A stretch of 64,000 nucleotides of DNA, from assembly GCA_963745775.1 (NCBI GenBank), contig CAVUYY010000012.1, positions 13,920 through 77,919 on the forward strand, written 5' to 3'. Position 1 is the first letter of the stretch. The number at the start of each line of letters is the position of its first letter. This stretch comes from an uncultured Gaiellaceae bacterium. GTDB lineage: Bacteria; Actinomycetota; Thermoleophilia; Gaiellales; Gaiellaceae. Shown in pieces: positions 1-11,697 of the stretch. The translations under genes and the position numbers were made by a program. The notes below the pieces were generated by a model that was not told the DNA's origin, did not search any database, and saw nothing but the letters and a program-made list of their open reading frames with translations.

Positions 1-32
1 CGCGGGCGGTTTCCCTCCCCGATGAGATGCTG

Positions 33-1226
33 TTACGTGGAGTCGTTCGCGCGGATCACGCCGGCGGCTGCGAGGTGCTCGATCTCCGCCTCGTCGTAGC
101 CGGCCTCGCCCAGGATCTCGGCGGTGTGCTCGCCGAGGAGCGGCGGGGCGCTGCGATGAAGCAGCCGTTCGCCGTCAGCCGAGAGCGGCGGGGCCACGAT
201 CGTCTGGCCGCCCAGCTCCTGGAGCATCCCCGTCGCGAGCGTCTGCTCGTGGCTCGCGACTTCGCCGACGTCGAGAACCGGCGAGGCGGGAACGCCCGCG
301 GCTCGCAGCCCCTCGAGGAGGTCGTCGGTCGGCCGCCCGGCGAGCAGAGGTCGCAACAGCGAGACCAGCTCCGTGCGATGCGCGACGCGCTGTGGATTCG
401 AGCCGAAACGCGGGTCGACCGCCAGCTCCGGAGCGCCGAGCACCTCGCAGAGCGACCCGAACAGCCGGTCGTTGCCGGCGACGATCATCAGCTCGCCGTC
501 GGCCGTCGGAAAGACCTCGTACGGGGCGATCAGCGGAAATGCCGTTCCGTGCCTGCCGGGCGCGTCCGCGCCGGCGAGCACGTCGGAGAGCTGGTACGGA
601 AGCAGCGACAGCGCAGTCTCGTAGAGCGACAGATCGAGCGTGCGGCCGACTCCCTCGTGAAGCGCCGCCACGATTGCGAGCGCCGCCCAGACGCCGGTGC
701 CGATGTCGATCAGCGAGGCGCCGACGCGCACCGGCGGCCGATCCGCTTCGCCGGTCACGCTCATGATCCCCGCCGCCGCCTGCATCAGCGGGTCGTAGCC
801 GGGCTCCGCTGCGAGCGGCCCGCGCCGGCCGAACGCGCCGATCGTGCAGTAGACGAGCTTCGGATTGCGCTCGCGCAGCTCCTCCGGCCCGATTCCGAGC
901 CGCTCGGCCGTTCCGGGACGCAGGCTCTGAACGGCGACGTCCGAACGCTCGGCCAGCCGCAGCAGCGCCTCGCGCCCGCGAGAATCCTTGAGATCGAGGG
1001 CCAGCGAGCGCTTGCCGGCGTTGGCGGAGAAGAACATGACGCTGCCCCCCTCGAAGAACCTCGGGCCCCAATCCCGCGCCTCGTCGCCGCGCCCGGGATG
1101 CTCGACCTTGACGACGTCGGCGCCGAGCGCAGCCAGGATCTCGGTCGACGTCGGGCCGGCGAGCGAGCTCGTCAGGTCGAGCACGCGCACGCCCTGCAGC
1201 GGTAGGAACGGCATGACGCGCATCAT
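33..1226 (-). CDS. Family III CoA-transferase (CaiB/BaiF type)
   Basis: Last 397 codons of ORF 33..2231(-), from MMRVMPFLPLQGVRVLDLTSSLAGP. The N-terminal LxGxRVLDL and GAxVVKVE pattern and the length fit family III CoA-transferases. The 335 upstream codons of the same ORF are R/D/E-rich shadow sequence. Confidence 0.85.
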   Translation of the reverse strand: MMRVMPFLPLQGVRVLDLTSSLAGPTSTEILAALGADVVKVEHPGRGDEARDWGPRFFEGGSVMFFSANAGKRSLALDLKDSRGREALLRLAERSDVAVQSLRPGTAERLGIGPEELRERNPKLVYCTIGAFGRRGPLAAEPGYDPLMQAAAGIMSVTGEADRPPVRVGASLIDIGTGVWAALAIVAALHEGVGRTLDLSLYETALSLLPYQLSDVLAGADAPGRHGTAFPLIAPYEVFPTADGELMIVAGNDRLFGSLCEVLGAPELAVDPRFGSNPQRVAHRTELVSLLRPLLAGRPTDDLLEGLRAAGVPASPVLDVGEVASHEQTLATGMLQELGGQTIVAPPLSADGERLLHRSAPPLLGEHTAEILGEAGYDEAEIEHLAAAGVIRANDST

Positions 1227-1244
1227 GGCTGGAAGGATGGCCCG

Positions 1245-1850
1245 GTGTTCAACGCCATCGTGGACGCCGTCTCGGGGTCGAACTGGAGCTACCTGATCGT
1301 CTTCGGGGTCGCGCTCCTCGATGCCTTCTTCCCTGTCGTCCCGAGCGAGGCGACCGCGATCGCGGCGGGCGTCGTGGCCGGCGCGGGCGACCTCCGGGTG
1401 GAGCTCCTGATCCCGGCCGCCGCGCTCGGCGCGATCGTCGGCGACAACATCTCCTACGCCGGCGGCCATTTCCTCGGGGAGCGCATAACCAACCGCTTCT
1501 TCACCGGCGAGAAGTCGAAGAAGCGGCTCGCCTGGGCCGAGCGGATGCTCGCCGAACGCGGTGGCTATCTGATCGTGGTCGCGCGCTTCATCCCCGGCGG
1601 CCGCACCGTCACCACGTTCACGGCGGGCCTGGTCAAGACCTTCCGGTGGCGGCGGTTCATCGTCTTCGACGTGATCGCGGGCGTGATCTGGGGCTCGTAC
1701 ACGGTGCTGCTCGGCTACTTCGGCGGCAAGACCTTCGAGGAGGAACCCTGGAAGGGGCTCCTCCTCGCATTCGGGATCGCGGTCGCCGTTACTGCTGCGG
1801 TGGAGGTGTATCGGCACCTGCGAGCTCGTCGTGCGGCCGCCCACCCCTGA
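1245..1850 (+). CDS. DedA family (SNARE-associated) membrane protein
   Basis: 201-aa multi-TM ORF with FPVVPSE and ARFIPGGRT motifs typical of DedA proteins. Confidence 0.85.
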   Translation: MFNAIVDAVSGSNWSYLIVFGVALLDAFFPVVPSEATAIAAGVVAGAGDLRVELLIPAAALGAIVGDNISYAGGHFLGERITNRFFTGEKSKKRLAWAERMLAERGGYLIVVARFIPGGRTVTTFTAGLVKTFRWRRFIVFDVIAGVIWGSYTVLLGYFGGKTFEEEPWKGLLLAFGIAVAVTAAVEVYRHLRARRAAAHP

Positions 1851-2248
1851 GGCCGAGGTCGCGCATCCCGCGATGCGCGATGTACGCCGCATAGACGAGC
1901 ACGAGCAGCGCGAAGAGGCCGTGGAGGCCATGGATCGTACGCCGCCGACTCGCTGACTGCGTCGTCGTCGGGCGGGAGCAGGAAGATCTGCACGGTTCCG
2001 AGCGACGAAGAGCCCGAAGGTGACGCCGATCCAGCGCCACTGCTTCGGCCAGGCGCCGAACGCCGTCAGGAACACGAGCAGCTCGAAGCCGTGGATGAAG
2101 AGGAAGCCGATCAAGCCGTGGGCGTCGAGGGCGCTCTCGCCTTGAAGTCGCCGATCGCGTACGTGGCGATCAGGTACGCCTGCACGAAGATCAGCAGGAC
2201 GATCGGCGAGGCCAGCACGAAGTTGATCCACAGGAAGGTTCGTCTCAT
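1789..2248 (-). pseudogene. Small 4-TM membrane protein (DUF6220-like), readable only across three frames
   Basis: Minus-strand fragments in different frames join into one sensible TM protein: MRRTFLWINFVLASPIVLLIFVQAYLIATYAIGDFK / GESALDAHGLIGFLFIHGFELLVFLTAFGAWPKQWRWIGVTFGLFVA / GTVQIFLLPPDDDAVSESAA / TIHGLHGLFALLVLVYAAYIAHRG. The family assignment is from memory. The 3' end is uncertain. Confidence 0.35.
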
Positions 2249-2287
2249 AGCGGCGAGCCTAAACCGGCCGGCGGATAGCGTGCAACG

Positions 2288-3022
2288 GTGCGGCTTCACG
2301 TCACCGGCGCGACCGGGTATCTCGGCTCCGAGCTCGTCCGGCTGCGGCCGGACGCGACGAGCGAGCGGGTCGAGATTCGCGACGCGGACGCGGTCGAGGC
2401 GCTGCTGCGCCGGCTTCGACCAGAGGTCGTGATCCACACGGCCTACCGGCAGGACGGGCCGACGGCGCGCGCGATCAACGTCGACGGCGCCGAGAACGTC
2501 GCCCGGGCTGCGGCGCGTGTCGGCGCGCGGCTCGTCCATCTGTCCTCGGACGTCGTCTTCGACGGCCGGAAGGGAGCGGCGTACGTGGAGGAGGACGAGC
2601 TCTCGCCCGTCAGCGACTACGGACGCACGAAGGCCGAGGGCGAGCGCCGCGTCGCCACCGCGCATCCCGAGGCGCTGCTCGTCCGAACCTCGTTGATCGT
2701 GGGCGGCGAACGGCCGTCGAAGCACGAGCTCGCCGCAGCCGAGCCCCGAACGTGGTTCACGAACGAGATCCGCTCCCCCGTGCAGGTGACCGACCTCGCC
2801 GCCGCGCTGCTCGAGCTGGCCGAGCTCGATGTCTCCGGGCCGCTCCACGTGGCCGGCGCCGACGCGGTGTCGCGGGCAGAGTTCGCCGAGCTCGTCGCCC
2901 GGCGCCCTGTGGCAACCGCCGAGGCACCGCCGACGCGACCGCTCGACTGCCGGCTCGACTCCTCGCAGGCCCAGGCTCTGCTCCGGACGCGTCTGCGCGG
3001 CGTCCGCGAAGTCTTCGCCTAG
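2288..3022 (+). CDS. NAD(P)-dependent epimerase/reductase, RmlD-like SDR
   Basis: 244 aa with a GTG start. N-terminal Rossmann motif VTGATGYLGSEL and a YGRTK catalytic-type motif. Confidence 0.7.
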   Translation: MRLHVTGATGYLGSELVRLRPDATSERVEIRDADAVEALLRRLRPEVVIHTAYRQDGPTARAINVDGAENVARAAARVGARLVHLSSDVVFDGRKGAAYVEEDELSPVSDYGRTKAEGERRVATAHPEALLVRTSLIVGGERPSKHELAAAEPRTWFTNEIRSPVQVTDLAAALLELAELDVSGPLHVAGADAVSRAEFAELVARRPVATAEAPPTRPLDCRLDSSQAQALLRTRLRGVREVFA

Positions 3023-3774
3023 AAGGCGAACCGAACGAGCAGGATCACTCCGATCACGACCGCAGCGAGCAGGAGCAGCGTCAGCGCCAGGATCGTCAGG
3101 CCCGACGCGGCGAGCCTGAACGGCACATTCGGCGTCGAGTCGCCGCTGAACGACCGCTCGAGGTCGCGCTCCACCTGCCGCTTGATCCGCTCGGCCAGGG
3201 CGTCGCCGGCGTTCTTCGGTGCGTCGGTCTTCAGCGGCGGGAACGAGGAGGGGCCGCCGTCGACCGCGAGCTCGTAGATCCGCTGGTGCTGGATGTCCTT
3301 CAGCTGCGCCTCGCCATGGTCGTGGACGGTGACCCCCTCGGGGAGCGTGTTGCCGAGCAGCGCGCGGGTCGTCTCGGAGAGCAGGATCTGGCCCCCGTGC
3401 CCCGCAGCCGAGATCCTCGCCGCCCGGACGACGTCCAGCCCCAGATAGCCCTCGTCGCCGACCGACGGCTCGCCCGTGTGGAGGCCCATTCGCACCCGGA
3501 CCTCCGCACCGTCCGGCCAGGGGTGGGCGCGCAGGGCGCGTTGGGCAGCGACCGCTCCTCGCGCGGCGTCGCTCGCGCGCGCGAACGAGAAGAAGAAGGC
3601 GTCGCCCTGGGTGTCGATCTCGGTCCCGCCGGCGCCTCCGAGCGTCTCGCGGACGAGCCGCCGGTGCTCGCGAACGACCTCCGCGTAGCGATCTCCGAGC
3701 TGCTGCAGGAGCCGGGTCGAGCCCTCGATGTCCGTGAAGACGAACGTGACCGTCCCGCCTGGAAGTGCGCTCAT
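3019..3774 (-). CDS. Class III adenylate/guanylate cyclase with C-terminal TM anchor
   Basis: [12 protein letters not shown] ... GDAFFFSF ... VRMGLHTGE are class III cyclase motifs. The last ~30 residues ([27 protein letters not shown]) form a hydrophobic helix. Start taken at Met5 of ORF 3019..3786. Confidence 0.8.
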   Translation of the reverse strand: MSALPGGTVTFVFTDIEGSTRLLQQLGDRYAEVVREHRRLVRETLGGAGGTEIDTQGDAFFFSFARASDAARGAVAAQRALRAHPWPDGAEVRVRMGLHTGEPSVGDEGYLGLDVVRAARISAAGHGGQILLSETTRALLGNTLPEGVTVHDHGEAQLKDIQHQRIYELAVDGGPSSFPPLKTDAPKNAGDALAERIKRQVERDLERSFSGDSTPNVPFRLAASGLTILALTLLLLAAVVIGVILLVRFAF

Positions 3775-3788
3775 GGGACTATTCAAGC

Positions 3789-5669
<1,881 letters not shown>

Positions 5670-6587
5670 CCTCGCGCGAGTACCGCGGCATCGACGACCT
5701 GGGTGCCCTCCATGAGGTGGCTCGCGCGGTGTGGGCGCGCGACAAGCCGCGCGCGCTCCCGCACGTCGGCGACGTCACCTGGGGGCTCTACCAGCACGAG
5801 CCCGAGCTCGCCTGGCCGAAGCGGACGCAGATCTTCGAGCGCGACGGCGCGCCAATCGCCTTCGGGATTCTCTGGCTCCCGCAGACGCTCCAGAGCGCCG
5901 TCCATCCGGACCACCGCGACGACGCCGTCTACGACGCGTTGCTCGAGTGGTTCGAGGGCGCAGCCGGCGAGGACGTCGACGGCGGTCTGGATGCGCAGCT
6001 CCTCGAGAGCGACGAGGTGTTCGCTGCGTCGCTACGGCGCCACGGCTTCGCGCCCCTCGAGGGCGTCGACTGGTTCGAGCATCGTGTCCGCTCGCTCGTC
6101 GCGCCGGTCGAGTCCGCGCAGCTACCGGACGGCTACCGGCTCAGGAACGTCGCCGGCGACGTCGACCTCGAGCGCCGGGTCGACGTCCATCGCGCCGCCT
6201 TCCACCCATCCAAGGTGACGGTGCCCGGGTACCGACACCTGCAGACGCTGCCGCCCTACCGCGAGCAGCTCGATCTCGTGGTCGAGGCGCCCGACCGCAG
6301 CTTCGCCGCCTACGCGCTCGTCTGGCTCGACGAAGAGAACGGGGTCGGCGAGCTCGAGCCGGTCGGAACCCACCCGGAGCACCAGCGGCTCGGGCTCGGC
6401 AAGGCGGTGTGCCTCGAGGCGTGCCGCCGCCTTCGAGAAGCGGGTGCCGACACGGCCGTCGTCTACTCGGTTCACGGCTACCACGCGGGCAGGCTGTACG
6501 CGTCGGCGGGCTTCGAGTGCGTGGACCGCCAACTCGAGTTTCGTCTGACTACACCTCGGTTTGAGGCCTAACTTCGGCGTCCACGCG

Positions 6588-6616
6588 TTGTCTTACCCCT
6601 TGAAACTGCGTACAGT
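6588..6616 (+). promoter_or_regulatory. Candidate sigma70-type promoter (TTGTCT-17 nt-TACAGT)
   Basis: TTGTCT at 6588-6593, a 17-nt spacer, then TACAGT at 6611-6616. This lies ~50 nt upstream of the ATG at 6666, which has an AAGGAG Shine-Dalgarno at 6655-6660. Confidence 0.4.
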
Positions 6617-6665
6617 CGCCACGCGCGACTCTTATTCCTCGCTCTGTTCTCCAGAAGGAGTGTTC

Positions 6666-7931
6666 ATGCGTAGGGTCTCACTGGCTCTGCTGGCTCTCGT
6701 CGGGGCGCTTGCCCTCGCGATCCCGGCTGCGTTTGCGAAGGTGGAAGGTACGACGCAGGCAGTACCGGGAATCACTGCCAAGACGATCACGATCGGCGGC
6801 ACGTTCCCGCTGACCGGTCCGGTTTCGAGCTATGCGCCGATCCCGGCCGGGATGAAGGCGTACTTCTCGTACATCAACGCGAGGAGAGGCCCGGACGGGA
6901 AGCGCGGAATCTACGGGCGCCAGATCGTGTGGAAGTACTACGACGACGGCTACAACCCGGTCAACAGCATCCAGCTGACGAGGAAGCTCGTGCAGGAGGA
7001 CAACGTCTTTGCGGTCGTCGGCTCGCTGGGCACCGAGGTGAACCAGGCGATCCAGCCGTACCTCAACTCGGCGCGGGTGCCGCACGTGCTCGTCTCTACG
7101 GGAGCGAGCGACTTCGGCAAGGACTACAAGAAGTACCCGTGGACGATCGGTTGGCAACCGGACTACGTCGCGGAAGGTCGCCTCTACGGACTCGATATCG
7201 CAAGGAACAAGCCGAACGCGAAGATCGCGATCCTCTACCAGAACGACAGTTACGGCAAGGACTACGTCAACGGCTTCAAGTCTGCGCTCGGTAGCGCGAA
7301 GGCCAGGCAGCAGATCGTTGGTGAAGAGGCGGTCGAGGTGACGGCCCCGAGCCCCGCCTCGCAGCTCGTGAGGCTCCGTGCTAGCGGCGCTGACACCTTG
7401 ATGATCTTCGTCACGACGACGAAGACCTTCCAGACGTACGGGACGATTCGAGCGCTCGGGTGGAAGCCTCCCAACATCTACCTCAACTCGGTCACCGCGA
7501 CCGACGCTCTCATGGGGATCGCTGTCGCCTCCTCGAGTGCCGCCACTGTCAACGGCTCGATCAGCACGGCCTACCTGAAGGATCCCGCATCCCCGGTCTG
7601 GGCCAACGACGCGACGGTCAAGCAGTACGCCACGCTGATGGCGAAGTACAACCCGCGCGGGAGGGTCACCGACGGGCTCAACTTCTACGGCTTCGCCAAG
7701 GCGCACACATTCGTGCGGGCGATGTACAAGGCCGGGAAGAACCCGACGCGGGCAGGTCTGATGAGGGCGCTCCTCTCGTTCAACGAGACGAGCCCGTACC
7801 TGCTCCCGGGGTCACGCATCAAGACCTCGGCGACGGACCACTTCATGATCTCGCACATCCGACCGATGCGCTTCAACGACGGCAACTGGACGCTGTTCGG
7901 CAGTCTCGTCGACGGGCGCCCGCGCGGCTAG
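6666..7931 (+). CDS. ABC transporter substrate-binding protein (branched-chain amino acid / LivJ-like), orphan
   Basis: Signal peptide MRRVSLALLALVGALALAIPAAFA, then a type-I periplasmic-binding-protein sequence. It is paralogous to the SBP at 37213..38394 (shared PGITAKTI..GGT.PL, FA.V.S.GT, Y.ND.YG). Confidence 0.85.
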   Translation: MRRVSLALLALVGALALAIPAAFAKVEGTTQAVPGITAKTITIGGTFPLTGPVSSYAPIPAGMKAYFSYINARRGPDGKRGIYGRQIVWKYYDDGYNPVNSIQLTRKLVQEDNVFAVVGSLGTEVNQAIQPYLNSARVPHVLVSTGASDFGKDYKKYPWTIGWQPDYVAEGRLYGLDIARNKPNAKIAILYQNDSYGKDYVNGFKSALGSAKARQQIVGEEAVEVTAPSPASQLVRLRASGADTLMIFVTTTKTFQTYGTIRALGWKPPNIYLNSVTATDALMGIAVASSSAATVNGSISTAYLKDPASPVWANDATVKQYATLMAKYNPRGRVTDGLNFYGFAKAHTFVRAMYKAGKNPTRAGLMRALLSFNETSPYLLPGSRIKTSATDHFMISHIRPMRFNDGNWTLFGSLVDGRPRG

Positions 7932-7956
7932 CGGCACCTGCCACGATCGCTCGACC

Positions 7957-7979
7957 GGGGCCGGCGATTCGCCGGCCCC
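7957..7979 (+). terminator. GC-rich hairpin after the SBP gene
   Basis: GGGGCCGGCG-att-CGCCGGCCCC is a perfect 10-bp stem starting 26 nt after the stop. There is no T tract, as is common in high-GC actinobacteria. Confidence 0.5.
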
Positions 7980-7999
7980 GGTGCGTCTAGGGTGGCGTC

Positions 8000-9151
8000 G
8001 TGGATCTGACCCTCACGCCTGAGCAGGAGCTGATTCGCGAGTCCGCGCGGGATCTCTGCCGCGCCGAGCTCGTCCCGCACGCGCAGGCGTGGGATCACGC
8101 CGAGGAGCTGCCGCGCTCGCTCGTCGGCACGCTCGCGGAGGCCGGCTTCCTTGCGGCGGCGCTCCCGGAGGAGCTCGGTGGCGGCGGCCTCGACTCGGTC
8201 TCCTACTGCCTCCTTTGCGAGGAGCTCGGCAAGGCCGATTCGTCCGTACGCGGGATCGTCTCGGTCTCGAACGGGCTCTACGGGAAGACGATCGCGAAGT
8301 GGGGAAGCGACGAGCAGCGCGCCGAGCATCTGCCGGGGCTGGCGAGCGGCGAGTCGCTCGGCTGCTACGCGCTCACCGAGCCCGGCTGTGGCTCGGACGC
8401 CGCGGCGCTGGCGACGCGGGCCGACCGCGAAGGCGACGACTGGCTGCTGACGGGCTCGAAGGTCTTCATCACGCTCGGCTCGTGGGCGGCGACCGCGATC
8501 GTCTTCGCGCGCAGCGGCGAGCCGGGGCCGCGCGGGATCACGGCGTTTCTCGTCCCGACGGCAGCGGACGGTTTCACGGCCACGCCGATGAAGGGCAAGC
8601 TCGGCCTCCGCGCGCAGGACACGGCGGAGCTGACGCTCGACGGCGTGCGCGTCCCCGACTCGGCGCGGCTGGGCGAGGAGGGCCAAGGCTTCAAGGTGGC
8701 GATGTCCGCGCTCGACAACGGCCGGATCTCGCTGGCCGCCGGCTGTGTCGGGATCGCGCAGGGCTGCCTCGACGCGTCCGTGTCGTACGCGCAGGAGCGC
8801 GAGGCGTTCAAGCGCCCGATCGGCGGCTTCCAGCTCGTCCAGCAGCTCCTCGCCGAGATGCACGTCGAGACGGAGGCCGCGCGACTGCTGACCTGGAAGG
8901 CCGCGTCGCTCGCGGATTCCGGGCAGCCGTACACCACAGAGGCAGCGGTCGCGAAGTGGTACGCGAGCGAGGCCGCCGTCCGCGCGGCGAACGCCGCCGT
9001 CCAGGTGCTCGGCGGCTACGGCTACGTCGACGAGTATCCGGTCGCCAAGTACCTTCGCGACGCCCGCGTGACGACGCTCTACGAGGGCACGAGCCAGATC
9101 CAGACCCTGATCGTCGGCCGCGCCCTCACCGGCGAACCAGCTTTCACCTAA
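8000..9151 (+). CDS. Acyl-CoA dehydrogenase (short/medium-chain type)
   Basis: 383 aa with GCYALTEPGCGSDA, a catalytic-region YEGTSQIQ motif, and typical ACAD length. Confidence 0.9.
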   Translation: MDLTLTPEQELIRESARDLCRAELVPHAQAWDHAEELPRSLVGTLAEAGFLAAALPEELGGGGLDSVSYCLLCEELGKADSSVRGIVSVSNGLYGKTIAKWGSDEQRAEHLPGLASGESLGCYALTEPGCGSDAAALATRADREGDDWLLTGSKVFITLGSWAATAIVFARSGEPGPRGITAFLVPTAADGFTATPMKGKLGLRAQDTAELTLDGVRVPDSARLGEEGQGFKVAMSALDNGRISLAAGCVGIAQGCLDASVSYAQEREAFKRPIGGFQLVQQLLAEMHVETEAARLLTWKAASLADSGQPYTTEAAVAKWYASEAAVRAANAAVQVLGGYGYVDEYPVAKYLRDARVTTLYEGTSQIQTLIVGRALTGEPAFT

Positions 9152-9161
9152 GGAGAGAGAC

Positions 9162-10322
9162 ATGCCCGAAGCCGTGATCGTCAGCGCCGTCCGCACCCCG
9201 ATCGGGCGCGCCGGCAAGGGTTCGCTGATCGACGAGCGTCCCGACGACCTGCTCGCCTTCGCGATCCGCGAGGCCGTCGCGAAGGTGCCGGAGCTCGAGC
9301 CGAAGGACGTCGTCGACGTGATCGTCGGCTGCGGCTTCCCGGAGCAGAAGCAGGGGATGAACCTCGCCCGCCGCGCGGCGCTGCTCGCGGAGCTCCCGGA
9401 CAGCGTGCCGGGAACAACGGTCAACCGCTTCTGCGCCTCCTCGCTCCAGACGGCGCGGATGGCGTTCCACGCGATCAAAGCGGGCGAGGGCGACGTCTAT
9501 GTCGCAGCCGGCGTCGAGTCGATCTCGCAGGTCAACGGCTACCCGAAGGACGCCGAGGAGCTGCACCCGAAGCTGATGGGCGAGGGCGCGATCGCGGACG
9601 TCTACATCCCGATGGGGATGACCGCCGAGAACGTGGCGGAGCAGTTCGACGTCTCCCGCGAGGACATGGATCGCTTCGCCCAGCAGTCGCAGGAGCGCGC
9701 CGTCGCTGCGCAGGCCTCCGGTCATTTCGCGCGCGAGCTGACGCCGTATCCGCGCGCGGACGGAACGGTCGTCGACGCCGACGATGGCCCGCGTGCCTCC
9801 TCCACCTACGAGAAGCTGCAGGAGCTCGCGCCGGTCTTCCGCGACGACGGCAAGGTCACGGCCGGCAACTCCTGCCCGCTGAACGACGGCGCCGCCGCGC
9901 TCGTGCTCATGTCCGAGGAGCGTGCTGCCGAGCTCGGCGTCAAGCCGCTCGCGCGGATCATCGCGAGCTCGGTGACCGGGATCGGCCCCGAGATCATGGG
10001 CGTCGGCCCGATCAACGCGGTCAAGGAGGTGCTGGAACGCGCCGGGATGACGATCGACGACGTGGACGTGATGGAGCTGAACGAGGCGTTCGCCGCGCAG
10101 GTGCTCCCCGTCTGCCGCGAGGTCGGCGTCGATCCGTTCTCGGACAAGCTGAACCCGCACGGCGGCGCGATCGCGCTCGGCCACCCCTACGGGATGACGG
10201 GCGCGCGGATCATGTGCACGCTCCTCAACGACCTCGAGGCGATGGATCGGACGATCGGCCTCGAGACGATGTGCGTCGGCGGCGGCCAGGGGATGGCGAT
10301 GCTCGTCGAGCGGCTGCGCTGA
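9162..10322 (+). CDS. Acetyl-CoA C-acyltransferase (thiolase)
   Basis: MPEAVIVSAVRTPIGRAGKGSL, NRFCASSLQ (active-site Cys), NEAFAAQ and CVGGGQG are thiolase signatures. Confidence 0.9.
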   Translation: MPEAVIVSAVRTPIGRAGKGSLIDERPDDLLAFAIREAVAKVPELEPKDVVDVIVGCGFPEQKQGMNLARRAALLAELPDSVPGTTVNRFCASSLQTARMAFHAIKAGEGDVYVAAGVESISQVNGYPKDAEELHPKLMGEGAIADVYIPMGMTAENVAEQFDVSREDMDRFAQQSQERAVAAQASGHFARELTPYPRADGTVVDADDGPRASSTYEKLQELAPVFRDDGKVTAGNSCPLNDGAAALVLMSEERAAELGVKPLARIIASSVTGIGPEIMGVGPINAVKEVLERAGMTIDDVDVMELNEAFAAQVLPVCREVGVDPFSDKLNPHGGAIALGHPYGMTGARIMCTLLNDLEAMDRTIGLETMCVGGGQGMAMLVERLR

Positions 10323-11048
10323 GCGAGGCGCTGCGGGCGGTCGCGCTCGAGGTCGCAGCCGACTGGGGGCTCGAGCTCGGCGAGCCGTTCGCGCTCTCGT
10401 ACCACTCCTACGTCGCGCCGGCCGGAAACGACGCCGTTCTGAAGGTGACGCCGCCGGAGGACGACGAGTCCGACGAGGAGGCGGACGCGCTCGAGCTGTG
10501 GGGTGGCGACGGGGCTGTGCGGCTGCTTCGGCGCGACCGAGGGCGGCGCGCGCTGCTCATCGAACGCGCGGGTCGAGGACATCTCCGACCTGGCCGACGA
10601 GGAGGCGACGCGGATCGCCGTCGCGACCGGGCTCGAGCTCTGGCGGCCCGCTGCGGAGCCGTTTCGCTGGATCGGCGACCATGTGCCGAGGTGGCTCGAG
10701 AGGGCCGGCGGGCTCGAGCTCGCCCCGTTGGCGCGCGAGCTCTACGCGTCGCTCGACGTCGGCCGGGACACGCTCGTGCACGGCGACTTCCACCACCACA
10801 ACATCCTTCGCTCGGCGCGCGGGCCGGTCGCGATCGACCCGAAGCCGATGCTCGGCGAGCCGGAGTACGACGTGCCGTCCTTTCTCTGGAACCCGCTGTG
10901 GCACCGGCTGCGCCGCGACGTGACCGAGCGCCGGCTCGCCGCGTTCGCCGCGGCCGGGCTCGACGAGGAGCGGATGAGGAAATGGACGGTGATCCGCGGC
11001 GCCTATCTTCGCCCGGAGGAGGCGGAGGAGCTACTGGCGCTCGTCTAG
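10319..11048 (+). pseudogene. Aminoglycoside/streptomycin-6-kinase-like phosphotransferase, one frame change
   Basis: The N-terminal part (LSEALRAVALEVAADWGLELGEPF...GRRALLIERA) is in the frame of ORF 10214..11128. The C-terminal part (VEDISDLADEEA...VHGDFHHHNIL...IDPKPMLGEPEYD) is ORF 10503..11048. The frames switch near 10565-10575. The start codon is unclear. Confidence 0.6.
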
Positions 11049-11697
11049 GTAGGGCCGGAACTGCTCCCAGTAGTCCTCCATCGTCGTCTCCCGCGCGGGG
11101 TGGAGCGGGTCGTAGGGGATGTAGTTGACGGTGCGGACGATCCAGCCGTCGTCGCCCAGATCGAGGACGTTGATGCACGCCGGGCGCCTGCTCGAAGGTG
11201 CCGAAGTAGGTGCGGTCGCCGGAGAGGGCGTGGGAGATCACGATCCGGTTCACGCCGCCGTGGAGGACGGCGAGCGCGGTCTCCCACTCGCGCGCGACGA
11301 GTCGCTCCAGGGCGGGATGGACGCGGTCGAGCGCCTCGCCGAGCGACTCGCCGCCGAGGAAGCGCTCGGCTTCGTCCTTGATCCGCAGCGCTCCCACGAA
11401 CGCGCGCTCGAGCTCCTCGGGCGGGATCGCGTCGAGCCGGCCGCCGCGCCACTCGGCGAGCTCCGGCCAGCGCTCGACCTCGTGGCCGGGCGCGACGAGC
11501 TCCGCGGTCTCGACCGTGCGAGGGAGGTCGCTCGCGACGACGAGGTCGAGCTCGACCCCGGCCAGGGCCTCGCGGGCCGCGACCGCCTGCGCCCGGCCGG
11601 TCTCGGTCAGCGGCACCTGCTCGGGTCTGATCGGCCGTCCGGCGTCGTCGACATACGACACCTCGGCGTGCCGCATCAGGTAGAGCCGCCGCCTCAT
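11031..11697 (-). pseudogene. Histidine phosphatase (phosphoglycerate-mutase-like) family protein, one frame change
   Basis: MRRRLYLMRHAEV (RHG motif) ... VLHGGVNRIVISHAL ... FEQAP is followed, after one extra base near 11178-11184, by CINVLDLGDDGWIVRTVNYIPYDPL...YLDERQ*. The length of 667 nt equals 3n+1. The ATG overlaps the nadR stop (ATGA). Confidence 0.7.
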
